64,000 bases of DNA from Geosiphon pyriformis uo1. Taxonomy: Eukaryota > Fungi > Glomeromycota. The notes below the pieces were generated by a model, which saw only the letters and a program-made list of their open reading frames with translations, was not told the origin of the DNA and made no database searches. Location of the stretch: NCBI GenBank assembly GCA_016748015.1, contig JAAOMT010000512.1:62001-126000 (forward strand). Direction: 5' to 3'. Of the stretch, positions 1-13,777 are shown piece by piece. Made by a program: the position numbers and the translations under genes. Numbering within the stretch: position 1 is the stretch's first letter; every line of letters begins with the position of its first letter.

Positions 1-2510
1 TACTCTTTTGATTTTGAATTAGAACCAGAAAATAGCAACAACAGAAAGCAAAAAAAGACACTTTAAGCTAGCCATACAACTCACAACACACCAAAAACAA
101 CTGTTAAACACTTATAAACATCTGAACAAGAAATCAGTGTCAAATTACTACTTTCTATTACACCATTTCCAATTTCACTTGCTTAACCACAAATACCAAA
201 TTCACCATTTATCTATTTTTCAAGACCAAAAAATTTTCAGTTACTTAAAAGTCCTACTAAACAGCAGAAACCAATATTAACCAGCACTAATCTTCTTGAT
301 TACTTATAGGAAAACAAAAATAATTATTCAAGGAACTTGGAAAGTGAAGAAACTAAATCAAAACAAGAAAAAATGACAACTGTTTATATTGCAAAGATCT
401 CAAAATTTACTGGTGAAAATAATAATATCAGCCCTCAAGAATGGCTTGACAAAGTGTCAAAAGCAGAAGATACAAATAGATGGAATACAGCAAGAATGCT
501 CAAAGCAATCTCATACTTTTTTTAAAGAACAGCAGGAGAATAGTTTAAAAACTTAGATGATCCTTCAAAAACTGGTAAGCATTTAAAGATGCTTTCTTAC
601 AACAATTTATTAACAATAACATATCTATTACACTTTAAAACTAATTCCAAAACATTAAACAAGAACCATCTAAATCTGTTATGACCTATTTTGGGAAATT
701 CAACAAACTTCTTCAATGAATTTAACAATTGAAAACCAATAAATACTATTCCAATACTCAGATTCTAGATCAGTTTATTGCAGAATTAAAAGATAAATTA
801 ATTAAAAAAGTTTGTCCACATGCCTCAGCAGACTTAGCAACAGCCATTAAACATACAAAGAACTATAAAATGACAATAAAAGAAGCAAATCATACCAAAC
901 TTGTGAATCTTGCTATTGGAAAAACCAGCTTAGTAGCTGAAGAAAAAATTGACCAACTTACAAAGAAGATTGAAAATTATTTTACCAACTAACAACAACA
1001 GTAACAACCACAAAAATATCAGTCACTTTAACAACAAAATCAAAACAATTACTCTTTATCATCCAACAATCAACCACAAAGCTGTTATTATTGTAAAATT
1101 CTAGAACATTGAAAATGAAATTATAGAAAAATACAAAAAACCAACAAAACAAGAATAATTAACATTATTTCCAACATTAACAGTTGTACTACCAACCTCC
1201 ACCATCAGCATATTACTTATCAAGACCACAGTATTAGAACAACTATTACCAACCAGTTTTACAACCAATACAACAGCAATCTTCACAAATTCAACAATAT
1301 CAGCCACTATTTACACAACAATACTTAATACCTACCCAAAAATTGGTTCAACAAAATCAATTTATCTTTCAAAACAATTTCTCAACAAACAACAACAGAT
1401 TTAACTCTAACAACCAATTAGTTTCCCAAAATCCTGTTCAACAAAGACCCAGTTACTATTATACTCAATCCAGTTATCTTACAATACCAAAAGAATCGAA
1501 TTTTCAACAAACTATACTTTCTGAAGATAAAGCTGTAGTACCAAGATCAAACTCTTTCAACAATACTATTCTACCAACCCAAATTGCTCAAAATGCCAAC
1601 CTTTCAGATATATTTTTATTTGAGTTTGAAGCCAATAAATCACTATTTTTGCTTAACAATGTAGCAGTCAATAAGCAAAAAGCAATCATTGCTATATATA
1701 CTAAAGCTAAAGTAGAAAGAAAACAAATTTACTTGATTCTAAACAGTAGATCCACTAAAAGCATTATCATCTATTAATTAATACAACAGCTAAAAAAAAC
1801 ATTGACAGACCAGCTCAAACTGTAATTGTTATAGCTGATGGTATAAAGAAAATCCCAGTAAAAAAAATTGACAACTTTTCATTTACTATTAATAGAATTA
1901 CCATTTCAGTCAAAGTTTTAGTCATAAATGCACCCTAATACTAAGTTCTTGTTGGAAATAATTGGCTTCTCAAAGCCAATACAAATTTAGATTGGGAAAC
2001 CCAAGAACTAAAGATTTCATACCAAAGACAATACATCTGAGTACTTGCTATATATAATATCTTCAACAAACAATCAGAAAAAGCCCCAGTATTTGAATTT
2101 AAAGAAAAGAAAAAAAAACCAGCAATTAAAACTTTTATGGCTTTTGGATCAACATCTAATTAGACAAAATAAACAGAACAAGAAATCTTTGAGAAAACCA
2201 GAGGATAAAATATTATTTAATACTTTATATCAGAACCACAGAAACAATTATCTTACATTCTACTTAAATACAAAGATTGCAAAAAGAAACTTTTATCAAT
2301 GGAAACATATATTTCTTCAGAAAAGAAATATAAAACTTGCACTTGCTACTTTTGTAAAGCATGTTATAGAGAATAATTTGAATATTCCAAACAAAGTGGA
2401 AAATAGAACAACACTCTTTGTCTTATATGTAAAGACATGCTATTAGAAGAGTGCAACTGAATTAATGTTGCAATGAGAGGAAGAGTATGTGATCAAACTT
2501 GCCAATATGT
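1..2510 (+). pseudogene. B1 gag (capsid, CCHC knuckle), aspartic protease and start of Cys-rich domain, disrupted
   Basis: ORFs 337-525, 729-992 and 1343-1777 match B3/B2 Gag (KFTGE..PQEWLDKV, QILDQFIAELK). Degenerate protease site LILNSRS (family LILDSGS). Confidence 0.9.
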
Positions 2511-3297
2511 TGTTACTCATAGAAAAAGCATACAAAAAAATAGTAAGAAAAACAAATAGATTAATAGAAGAATAAGTAGCTAATACATAAGCACATTGCT
2601 TAAGAAATTATAGCACATTGCTCAAAAATGTGAGTAATCTCATAAAACCCAAATTATGTATATATAGTAAGAGTATTAGAAGCAGAAAAGACAGAATTAA
2701 TACCAAAATTTGACAGAATAAAATCAGCAATATTAATAAAATAACTATTTATCATCTAAATTACTCTTCCCTCTATTAATACTATATGTTGATAATATTT
2801 AATATTTAATTATACTAGAACAATAATTTTTGATCACAGCTATTGATAAGATACTAACTCTTTATTGTTTTGGCTTATTTTTTTATTTTTTTATTTTCTT
2901 TATTTTACTTTTTTTTGTTGTGTTATTAATTGATTAAAGGGATTAAGCACTAAGTTATTGACGTCAAAAATAGCTTAGTAAAAGATCTGTAAAACAAGGG
3001 TAAAGAACTCGGAAATTAAAGATAGCTTACCAGAAGGGCACAATTGCCAAAATAACTTGGCCACTACACTGAAGAAAGAAATTCAATGGAATTGCAATTT
3101 TAGAAGGCTATTAAAACAACTATTGAATCTCTGTTCATTATACAAAAACCATAACCAAAACCTTCAAAAACCAAAATTTTTAGATACTAAAACTTGCAAA
3201 TACCAAAACCTTCAGATATCACCAACTGTATTAGCTATTAAGCACCAAGTTATGGATTTGTTATTTAATTCAAGACCTCAAATAATCATCTGTAACA
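2511..3297 (+). repeat. A1 5' LTR (787 bp)
   Basis: TGTTACTCAT...TGTAACA termini; direct repeat of 42048-42943. Confidence 0.93.
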
Positions 3298-3299
3298 TT

Positions 3300-3312
3300 T
3301 GGTGCTTTCTGT
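3300..3312 (+). promoter_or_regulatory. A1 primer-binding site
   Basis: TGGTGCTTTCTGT starts 2 nt after the LTR and is complementary to a tRNA 3' end ...GCACCA. The same TTTGGTGC follows every 5' LTR here. The tRNA is not identified. Confidence 0.75.
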
Positions 3313-3359
3313 AAGGTATAATTCAACAGAAAACTAACACCAACAACAACTATTCAAAA

Positions 3360-6300
3360 CAGTAGCAGAATTAAAAAAAATAGGAACAAACCATTTAGAA
3401 TTTGTAAAAACCTTATTCCAACATTACAAAAAGCATCTTGGATTGACAAATAATAATTGGCCAGTAGAATCAGCTTTCAATTACTACATTAACAAAAGAA
3501 TTGTATATTATTTGGGAGACCAAGGAAATCCAGAATTTGTCTTCAACAATTTCTTCAGTGAACTGCTCTAAAGCACCATACTGCCACAGAATTATTTATT
3601 CACACCACTAATCACAGAAATAAACAAAAAAATTGAAAAATACATCAAACAAAAATTTTTTATCACTTTTGCTAACAAAGAAAAAAAAAAATTGCAAACA
3701 CCAGCAGAAACCCCAAAGCAAATACAATTACCTACTTAGAAGAAACAGAAAGTTGATTTACCTACTAACTTATTATATTATTACACATCCAAAAACACCA
3801 TTAATATAATAGGTGTGTCCACAGCAAATACAACAATATCACTAAACAAAATTTTATTTCAAAGTAAACAGAAGAAAACAGATTTATTAAGAACATATGG
3901 TGATTATTTTGAAGGATTTAAATTGCAATCCCCAATGTCATCAAAAGTTTGATTATTACCACCACAACCCGATTTTAGAGCTGCTAGTCCTTGGAAAATA
4001 ACCAACTCTAAGAAAGAGAAAAATAGTGATCAGAAAATCAATAATCAAAACTCAATCTTAGAAAACTCAGAAATATTAACTTTGATTGTTCCAACTTAGC
4101 AAAATCAGAACAATTCAAATTCCAATATTACTAATTAGCAAAACTTACCTCCAGTAATTATAATCAATCTATCACCAGTTGTTATACTACTATAACAACC
4201 ATAGCCACAACTTTAACAACAACCACCACCACCACTACAACTTCAACAACAGTTACAACAATCAATGATCTATGCTCCAATTGCAAAACTTGAAAAATTT
4301 ACCAGTAAAGAGGATAATGTCTAAGTCTGATTAAATAATATTGCTAAAGCAATCATGGCAAATAACTGGAATAATGCCAGAGTACTTCAAGCAATTCCAT
4401 ATTTTCTTCAGAATACTGCCAATTCATGGTATTAGAATCTTGTCAACAAATTACTAAACTTTAATGTATTTAAAACTGCATTTCTACAGTATTTTAGTGA
4501 TAATAATAGTATTAATTACCTAACCAATAGTTTCACTACAATTAAACAAGATAATACTAAAGCAGCTACCACTTACTTGGAACATTTCCATAAAAATCTA
4601 TGCCAAATACAAGCCATTAAAGCTGATTACTTTACAGCATCACAGATTCTGAATCAGTTTATCCACAGGTTGTGCAACAGCTTGCTACAGAAAATATGTT
4701 CAATATACCCAAATATACTCTAAAATACAGTCATACACACCCAAGATTTCAAATCAATGGAGTTAGAAGTCAATCACATCCAAGCTATAAATCTAGTAAT
4801 AAACAGATCATCTGAATTGGATTCTAAGCTAAAACAATTCAGTAATTCAATTAATCAAAAACTAAAGGAGTACTTAGCTAATAATAATAGCAATCAAGTC
4901 ATTTATTAGCTGTCACAACATTGTGAAAACCCAGGAAATCCCAATTGACCCCAACATTAGTTATAATATTACTTATAAAGAAAAACAGATATAGAAAAAT
5001 AGTAGACCAATAAGAGAATAATAGTTAACATGTGAGCATATTGTTTAACAATATAGAGCAATATCAGAAATTATAGTATATTGCTTAGCAATGTGAAGCA
5101 ATATTAGAAAATTAGAGCACATTGTTTAGCAATGTGAGCATTGTTCAAGAAATCATAGCACATTGCTCAAGAATATGAGTAATTTCATAGAACATAAATT
5201 AAGTATATATAGCAGTAATATTAGAAGCAAAAAAGACAAATCTCTTAGTTTAGATTTGATCTAAGCAACATTTTACATCACAAATATCAATAAATAATTA
5301 TTCAATATCTCAAATCTACTTTCCATTATCAACACTTCATGTTAATAGTAATTGATACTTAACTACATTAAAACAATAGCTCTTGATCATGGCTATTGAC
5401 AGAATACTAACATTTATTGCCTTGGCTTATTATTTTATTTTATTTTCTTTTATTTTATTTTGTTTGTTATTTCTTGTTATATACTAATTAATTAAAAGAT
5501 TAAAGTGCTGAGTTATTAATGTCAGGATATAGCACTGGTAAAAGACCCAAGAATAAGAATAGACACTTAGATTTGAGGATAGCTTATCAGGAGATTGCCA
5601 GCCACCACATCAAGAAAAAAATTGACAAAATTGCAATTCTGGAAAGTGATAGACAACAACTACTTAACCCATAAGTTGACATTAGAAACACCATTTAAAG
5701 GAAATTACATTGGAATCTCTGTCTATTATACAAAAAACTCAACCAAAACCTTCAGATATCAATGCTATTATATCTATTAAGCACCAAGTTATGGGTTTGT
5801 TATTTGCTTTAAAACTCCAAATAATCACCTATAACAACAATTATCATTATCAAATTAACAATGGCCACAAAAGACACATATTTGTCATTATTGTAGTAAA
5901 CAAAGACATCTAAAAATAGATTGCCAGTTAAAGTTAAATAACCAATGATCAAAAATTCAATATCAAAATTCCAATTGCAGATTTCAAACTCTGAACTATG
6001 CCAATAATCTATCAAATAAACAGTATCAATATCAGCATTATTATTCTTAAATAATGCAGCCAATTTATCAAGCACCAATCTATTAACACTTAGCCTCAGT
6101 AATTTATCAATTATGTCAAACTTAACTAATTTATCAACCCCAACTAATTTTAACATTATTACAGAACTTACTTCAAAATAGAAACCAGAGACCAAAAACT
6201 ATGCAAATCCATCAAAATTGGCAATTGGCAATAGTAATATACTAACTGATTTCTAGTTCAACAGCCCAACAATCTGAATCATGACAGCAAAATTCAGGAA

Positions 6301-9300
6301 CTAGCTATGCCCAACACTATTTAAGTCTCCTGATTACTCTAGAAGACACCCAACTCAATCATCAAGAAACTAACCAAAAGCCACTCATTAATAATATACT
6401 TCCAGCAATTATTATAAACAATGAATCACTAGCTATGATCTTTTTTTTGAACTCAAAGAACCAACAATAACTCTGTTATTCAGTGGAGCCATTCTGAACA
6501 CAAAACTCATTACCATAATATACACTAATGCCAAGATTAATAGTCAGTTCATCAAACTAATCTTAAACAGCAGTTTAGCAAACAGCATTATTATCAAACA
6601 ACTTATGAACCAATTAGGTCACCAAGTTGATTGTGCTGCTAGTGCCAAAATTATTATTACTGATGGAGCCATCAAGACTCCAATTGGCAAAATTAATGAC
6701 TTTCCAATCAAAGTCAATGACATCAATATACTGATTAAAGTTCTTGTTATAGAAGCCATTTAGTATCAAGCTCTGATTGATAATAACTGGTTGTCCAAAA
6801 CAAATGCTGTACTTAATTAGACCACTCAAAAATTGCAATTCAGCCAAAATAGTTAGCACACTTAAGTATAGTCATGTGTGATTATTTCAAACCAACCAAC
6901 ACCATTCAAGCCTCACTAATTAAATTAGAAAAAAAGAAAGAAAGACCTACTTGAAAAGTCTACCAAGTTTTGTGGATTGACAAAGACCACAATAACTTGC
7001 CACCAGTGTCTACATAAAAAGAAAAGGGAAAAAGGAAAGAAAAAGAAAAAGAAAAATACCAAGCAACAATTTCTACTTATATATCATACACTATTACCAC
7101 TCAATCACAGCCAAACTATTGTTGATCCAAGCTAATTTGCATTGATTGTGGCAAGAAATTGTTATCAATGGGCATATGCTGTGGTGACAACAAGGAGTGG
7201 CTGACAGCAACTAAGTATTACTGCCATCCATGTGTTTTCAAGCAATTTGGAAGACCAAAAAGACAAAAAAAATAGAACAACAAACCATGTCTTGCTTGTG
7301 GAAAAACTTTTCTAAATGAAAAAATGTGAAACAACATTTCTGGTCATGGAGGAATGTGTGACAAATCATGTCAATACATGATTCTGATTAGTAATTGGAT
7401 AAGAAAAAGAATGCCTATAGATATTATCTGAAAAAGAGCTGTAAAATAGTTGAATGTTTGTCTACATAACAATGACAAAATATGAAAAATAGCAATCACC
7501 AAAATTAAAAATACAACACCAAAAAAAATCAAAATAATAAAGAACAACTCACCAAAACCAAAAAAAATTATTTAAGTCCCAAATTCAGATATTATTCTCG
7601 ACATAATAGATCCTGAACAATTCTATAAACACTACCAAAAATTAGCACCCACTAGGAAAGAGCAAAAACAATATTTAAAGTAGTTAAATGCTTGACTTTG
7701 TCAATACTGTTTAATATCATGTGATTTTTAATATTGTAATAAGTGTGATTTCATTTACAATCTACCACCACACATAATCTACATGATTTCCAAAGAGGAA
7801 GAACCAATTAACAGCTGTGCTTCAAAATCAGAATTGAAATTTAATTCTGATTCAAACTCTGATGATAATAATAAAAACAATAATTCCAGCTCAGTCCAAA
7901 ATGACAACAATAACAACAATTTAAACTTCAATTATAACTCCAAACAATACATTGTGCTCTTTGATCTTTCCAAAGAGCAGAAACTAAAATGGTTTAGCAA
8001 TAATAATGAAAATATTATGTCAAAATACATGTATGATACTGATACAGAGTTTGATTTGAAATATTCAGGAAAAGATGCCATCAAATTAAAATCATATTTA
8101 TGTACATACATTAATCTAAAAGTAGTACTGAAAATTTTAACAATAACAATGATTCAATTAGCATCTAGACTTAGTTTAGTGAAAAAGAGAATTAACATCA
8201 GAAGAGGAATAATTGATGCAGGATATATGGAAAATATTATTGCAATGCTACAAAATGACTCAGAAAAAGAATATATTATTGAACCAAATAAAAAAATAGC
8301 ACAGGCAATATTTCTATCTCTTGTTAAAATAGCTCAGTTAGTATTAATAGGAAAAAGAGAAAAATTAGGGATAACAGCAAGAAAAATAAGTAGAATTGGA
8401 TCCATGGGTAGAATAAACATACTAATTAATATGGCAGAGAAAAAAGTTATTGACAAGAGAAAAATTATCTCCACTTATTAATTAATTTCCATTCTGCTGT
8501 ATAACCAGTACATATTAGCTATAGAAAAGAAAATAAAGGATCAAGCTCAAATTTTTAAGATAAAAACTCACAATTTGTGAATCAAGAAAAATTGGACTCA
8601 CCAATTTTTACATACCAGCCAAAAGCCTGAAACATATAAAAATTTCCATCCACAACACAACTAGAAACATTATTGAAATATCAAAAAAAAACACCATTGG
8701 ATATTTAAGCACTGAAGTTAAAAACCAACTACCAAACACCATTCCAGATTTTTCACAACTGTGTGAATATGTGGATATTACATCATAAACAATATATGAA
8801 TAAAAAAAATACTATTTGCTTTAACCAAAACAATTAGAACAAATGAACTTGAAAAACTTAGACCCATTCTAACAAATACAACTCAAAATTTTACTTAACA
8901 ATTTCACTAATATCTTTGCCAATAAAAATGAATTTAACCAAACTGATATTATCCAGCATCAGATCAAGACTGGAGACATAATGCCAATCAAACAAAAAAC
9001 ATACAGAGTACCACTAACCAGCCATAAGATTATTCAACAAGAAATCAATTAGATGTTAGATAACAGGTTAATTCAATCATCAATAAGTCCATAGTCATTA
9101 CCAGTAGTATTAGTTCATAAAAAAAATAAAAAAATCTGTTTTTGTGTGGATTACAGAAAACTCAACAGTATTACTCATAAAGACAGCTATCCAATTCTAT
9201 GTATTCAGGAATTATTCAATGCTTTTAGAGGAAAGAAATGGTTCTCAATACTGAATCTAGATAGTAGTTACTGGCAAATAGCCATAAATTTAGCTAACAA

Positions 9301-9561
9301 AGAAAAAACTGCATTTACTATTAAAGAAAAGAATTTCAAATTTGAAGTCATACTATTTGGCTTAACCAATGCTTCAGCCATATTTCAACAATTTATGAAA
9401 ATTGTTTATATTAAACTGCTATGGAAATCAGTAGTTATATATTTAAATAACATCAATGTGTTCTCAAAAACATTTAATAATTATTTGTATTATCTCCAGC
9501 AAGTATTCGAGAAATTAAGAAGAGCAAGATTAAAACTGAATACAATCAAGTGTTTTTTTGG
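3360..9561 (+). pseudogene. A1 gag-PR-Cys-rich domain-dUTPase-RT, disrupted; split by the solo LTR; continues at 39379
   Basis: APIAKLEKFT Gag motif ~4275. dUTPase in ORF 7783-8481 (ASRLSL, IIDAGYMENI, IAQAIF). RT in ORF 9146-9592 (DYRKLN, FGLTNA, YLNN as decayed YLDD). Confidence 0.9.
4967..5836 (+). repeat. Solo LTR of family A inserted in A1 gag
   Basis: Decayed termini TATTACTTAT...TATAACA. Homologous to A LTRs throughout, with no internal region. TSD ATAA (4963-4966) / ACAA (5837-5840). Gag resumes before the zinc knuckle (~5880). Confidence 0.88.
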
Positions 9562-10534
9562 TGTTACCAATAGAATTTTAGCTATTAATTAGCATAAAAT
9601 TACTCTCATAATTCTTATTATTAATTAGCATATATTATTATTATTTCGATTATCACTTATTATTTAATCAAATTATCAAATATTATTACTCAATCAATAA
9701 TCTGATTTGTATCATAAAAATTAAGATGATCAAATTACACAATATCCTGAACCATTTAATATAGTCAAAATTTGTCGAAATTAATAAAAATTGGCCGAAA
9801 TAATTAATAGTTCAGTGAAATAACTTGTAGTTCACCAAAATATATCCTTAGTTTACCAAAATTAAAGCAAAGAGAAAAATACAAGTTCAAAGACTAGTAC
9901 TACAACAAGTTGTATAAAAAAAGAGCTTCTCTTTTCAAAAAATATATCTTCTTATAATATTTTACTATAGTATCTTATTTTAGATATCTTAATTAGAACA
10001 AATTATCTTTTATATATCTTAAATAAAAATTAAATATTTGAAAACCAAATTCTTCAAATTATTATACTTGAAATTCCTTCAAACACAACTAACATTTTGA
10101 AATTGATTAGCTACCAATTTCAGTAAACTGTTAGTGACTCCAGGTCTGGATAGAGAATGTTTTCTTTAATAAAATCCTATTTCTTTTACATTTCTTTTAT
10201 TTTTATTTATTTTTTTATTACAATCATTAGAGTAGTCTACAGACAAGATTCCTGTAGAAGAGTTAACTTTTACAGCAAAGTAACTACACATTTTTAGTGA
10301 GCTTCTAGATGAGCAATTCCTGGGAAAGAGTTGACATTTACTACAATGTAACTACATAAAGTAACTAACAAGAAATTGGCCATTCCACTTATAAGCCCAG
10401 CAGTTCAAATTATAGGAGATAATTTGAAGATAAAATTCAGTTATTGGAGGTTCAATTGCTTCCAGAAAACGTGAAATTAGCAACAGATAAATAGTAACAA
10501 CATTCAAAAAAAAGACCAAAAACCTCCAGTAACA
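9562..10534 (+). repeat. B2 5' LTR (973 bp)
   Basis: TGTTACCAATAG...CTCCAGTAACA followed by the PBS start TTTGGTGC. Confidence 0.94.
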
Positions 10535-10542
10535 TTTGGTGC

Positions 10543-11492
10543 TGTTACTGGAGGTTTTTGGTCTCTTTTCTTAAATGTTGTAACTGTCTGTTGGTTGCAA
10601 ATTCACGTTTTCTAGAAGTAGTTGAACTTCCAATAATTGAATTTCTCTTCAAATTATCTTCTATAATTTGAACTGCTGGGCTTATAAGTAGAATGGCCAA
10701 TTCCATGCCAGTTGCTTTGTGTAGTTATGTTGTAGTAAATGTCAACTCTTTCCCAGGAATTGCTTATCTAGAAGCTCACTAAAAATGTGTAGTTACTTTG
10801 CTGTAAAAGTTAACTCTTCTACAGGAATCTTGTCTGTAGACTACTCTAATGATTGTAATAAAAAAAAAAAAGAAAAATAAAAGAAATGTAAAAGAAATAG
10901 GATTTTATCAAGGGAAACGTTTTCTATTCAGGCCTGGAGTCACTAACAGTTTACTGAAATTTGTAGCTAATCAATTTCAAAACGTTAGTTGGGTTTTGAG
11001 GATTTTCCAAGTGCAATAATTAAAGAATTTGGTTTTTTGAATTTTTTGATATTTATTTCTTTTTGTGTGTGTAGAAATGGTTCTAAGTGATAACTCTAAA
11101 GTAAAATACATTTTCTTGAAAAGAAAAGCTCTTCTTTTATACAACTTGTTGTAGTACTAGTCTATAAACTTGCACTTTTTCTCTTTGCTCAAATTTTGGC
11201 AAACTAAAGATACATTTTAATGAACTACAAGTTATTTCGCTGAACTATTGATTAATTTGGATAAACTATTCATAATTTCGGCGAATTTTAGAATGTTACA
11301 AAGTTCAGGGTATTGTGTAATTTGATCATCTTACTTTCTGTTGTACTAATTGGATTATTAATTAATTCGTGATATGTGATAAATTGATTAAATAATAAGT
11401 GATAATTTGAAATGATATTAATATACTAATTAATTATAGGGATTATAAGGGTAATTTCATGCTAATTACTAACTAAAATTCTACTGGTAACA
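10543..11492 (-). repeat. B3 3' LTR (950 bp)
   Basis: Direct repeat of 19434-20423; preceded on the minus strand by the PPT at 11496-11505. Confidence 0.95.
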
Positions 11493-12179
11493 TAATCTCC
11501 TTCTCAAAACTGAGCTCTATCAAAGTCCAAGCACTATCTGTAATATTGAGATAGTGATCCAAAATAATTGAAGTAATCTGGTCTGAAAATTGTTGAAATT
11601 TCAGTTCTGTGAGTTTGCCAATATATTAGACTTTCATTGGTTGCAGTATTAGATTTTGTAGAACATTTTCACAAGTATTAAACAAATCATAGAGTCTAAA
11701 AGCTGCTCTAAGTTTGTAGTGAGTGTTTATTGATCCAGCTGCTGTTTTAATTCATTGTGGATTTGTTTTTGTATAGTTTCAGGAATGAGATTTGTTGCTT
11801 CAAGTTCCAGTTTTCGTTCATAAAGTGTCTTTCCAATGTGAAAGTATTTATAGATAGGGGTGTGTTTATTGTTCTGTTCATTGAGAAGTAGTAGAAGTTT
11901 TTGTTGCATTGTAGCATTTGGTGAAATATCAATAGGGGCAATTAAAAAATTTTCTTCCAGTACTTGCTTCAAAAGTCTTGGTAACCTATTTTCAGAGTGA
12001 CTTCTTGTTTTTTTTCTATAAGAGTAATAGTTCTGTGAATGATTTGCTACTGGGACTGTGATTTTTTTCTGAATGTAATTAATTTGACTTCCATTAATCA
12101 TTATAAATAAGTCAGAAAGTGTTTTCAAGGCTAACATTAACTTTTGGGATATTTGTTGAATATTTTGGGGAATAATCAT
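11473..12179 (-). pseudogene. B3 accessory ORF3 (~235 aa, unknown function), one frameshift near 11750; runs through the PPT into the LTR
   Basis: ORF 11727-12179 (MIIPQNIQQISQKL...YKYFHIGKTLYERK). The continuation HYKLRAAFRLYDLF...KEIMLPVEF* is recovered by comparison with B2 and B1. Confidence 0.8.
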
Positions 12180-12324
12180 GATAAAATTAACTAATTATGA
12201 AAAGAGAGAATAAAAAAAATTATTTTTGGATATGGAGTTTTTATTTGTTTTTGGGTTTGGGTGTTTTTTGTAATTTATTTACTATTTTTGTCTTTGTGTT
12301 TTTATTAGAAAATTAGTGTAAAAT

Positions 12325-13710
12325 TTAAGTGTTCAAGTTTGGTTGTTGTTCTATTATAATTATTGGTTTTAAATTTTAGAGAATATCTTTAGGATTAATT
12401 AAAGGGGCATGTGTACCAATTTGTGGAATTAATAGTTCAGGATTGTTTCTGGAATGATAGTATTTCAATCTGTCTTCATGTGCAACTTTTGTTAGTATTT
12501 TGTCATCAAGTCTTAACTTGTATAATCTATTGCCTAGAATTTCGTGAATATAAAATGGTTCATCCCATTTGTTTTCAAATTTCCCATTCCATTGTTTTTT
12601 AGTCTTAGTTCTGTGTAAAAGAACTTTATTTCTAACTTTAAATTCGTTGGTAATAGGTGGTAATTTGTTGTTATGTCTTTCTTTTTGTTGAGCTTGGGAA
12701 TGTTCAATATGAGTTGCTGCTATTCTTTTTTTTCCTTCTAGTGTACTAAGAAGAGTGTAGGCTCTTCTTTGGAGTGTTTTTTGAAAGTTTTCTTCATTGA
12801 TTGGTTGCACTAAGTATGTTTCCACTGTGAAATTAATTGGTAATGTTGCTGTTCTTTCATAAATAAGATCAAATAGTGTGTGTTTTATAGTATCTTGTTT
12901 TAGTATTCTGTATGCTAGTAATACTGATGGAATAAAGATATCCCATTTCTGCTCAAAGTCTGTTGAGACTTTGGCTAGAGATTTACACAATGTTCTGTTG
13001 AAATGTTCTATAAGTCCATTTGTTTGAAGGTAATAAGGTAATGATAGAGGTCTTTTGATATTGAACTGTTCACAAATTTCTTGTATCAAGTTGTTTACAA
13101 AATGTGTTCCTTGATCAGATAAGAGTTCAATTGGACATCTATGTCTACAGATAATGTCTTCATAGATGAAATTTGCTACTGATTTTGCATCTGCTCTTTG
13201 GATGGCTCTAGCTTCAGGCCATTTGGTAAGCTAATTTACTGCAACTGCAATATAATGATTTTTTTGGGTTGTGATAGGTAATGGTCCGACTAAATCAATT
13301 CCAACTCTGTCAAAAGGTTGTCCAACTTTGATTGGATTTAAAGGTTCTGTGGGGCAAGTTTCTCCTCTTTTTTAACAACTATCACAAGATTCTACATATT
13401 GTCAAATGTTTTTTTGCATGTGAGGCCAAAAATAATATTCAAGAGTTCTTTGAATTGTTTCATTTCTTCCCAAGTGTGCTGAAAAAGAATCTGTGTGCAT
13501 GTTGTATAGAATTGTTTTTTTTTCATTTTTTTGTACTAATCTGAGTGGTTGGTTTGAGTTTTTACGATTTTTGTAATAGATTTTGTTGTGGTGTATAAAA
13601 TATTGTTTGGATTGGTGTTGTAATCGATGTTTTTCACTTGGAGACTAATTTTCTGGCATGGTGAGAGTTTCCAAATAGTTTTTGATGTTGTTGTAGTTTT
13701 CTGGATCCAT
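12325..13710 (-). pseudogene. B3 integrase as a separate ORF, few stops
   Basis: Starts MDPENYNNIK. Contains PFDRVGIDLVGPL, LLSDQGTHF, QTNGLIEHFNRTL and a C-terminal GPY/F-like KWDEPF..YKL (ORF 12376-13089). Confidence 0.92.
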
Positions 13711-13777
13711 TGTTGTTGATCTTGTTGTTTGTTCTGCTGTTAAGTTTGTTGGTGTTTTGTTGGTATTGATGTTAGTA

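Noticed and set aside
7783-8481. dUTPase as a host or endosymbiont dut gene
   Set aside because: It is in frame within the retroelement polyprotein in all six copies
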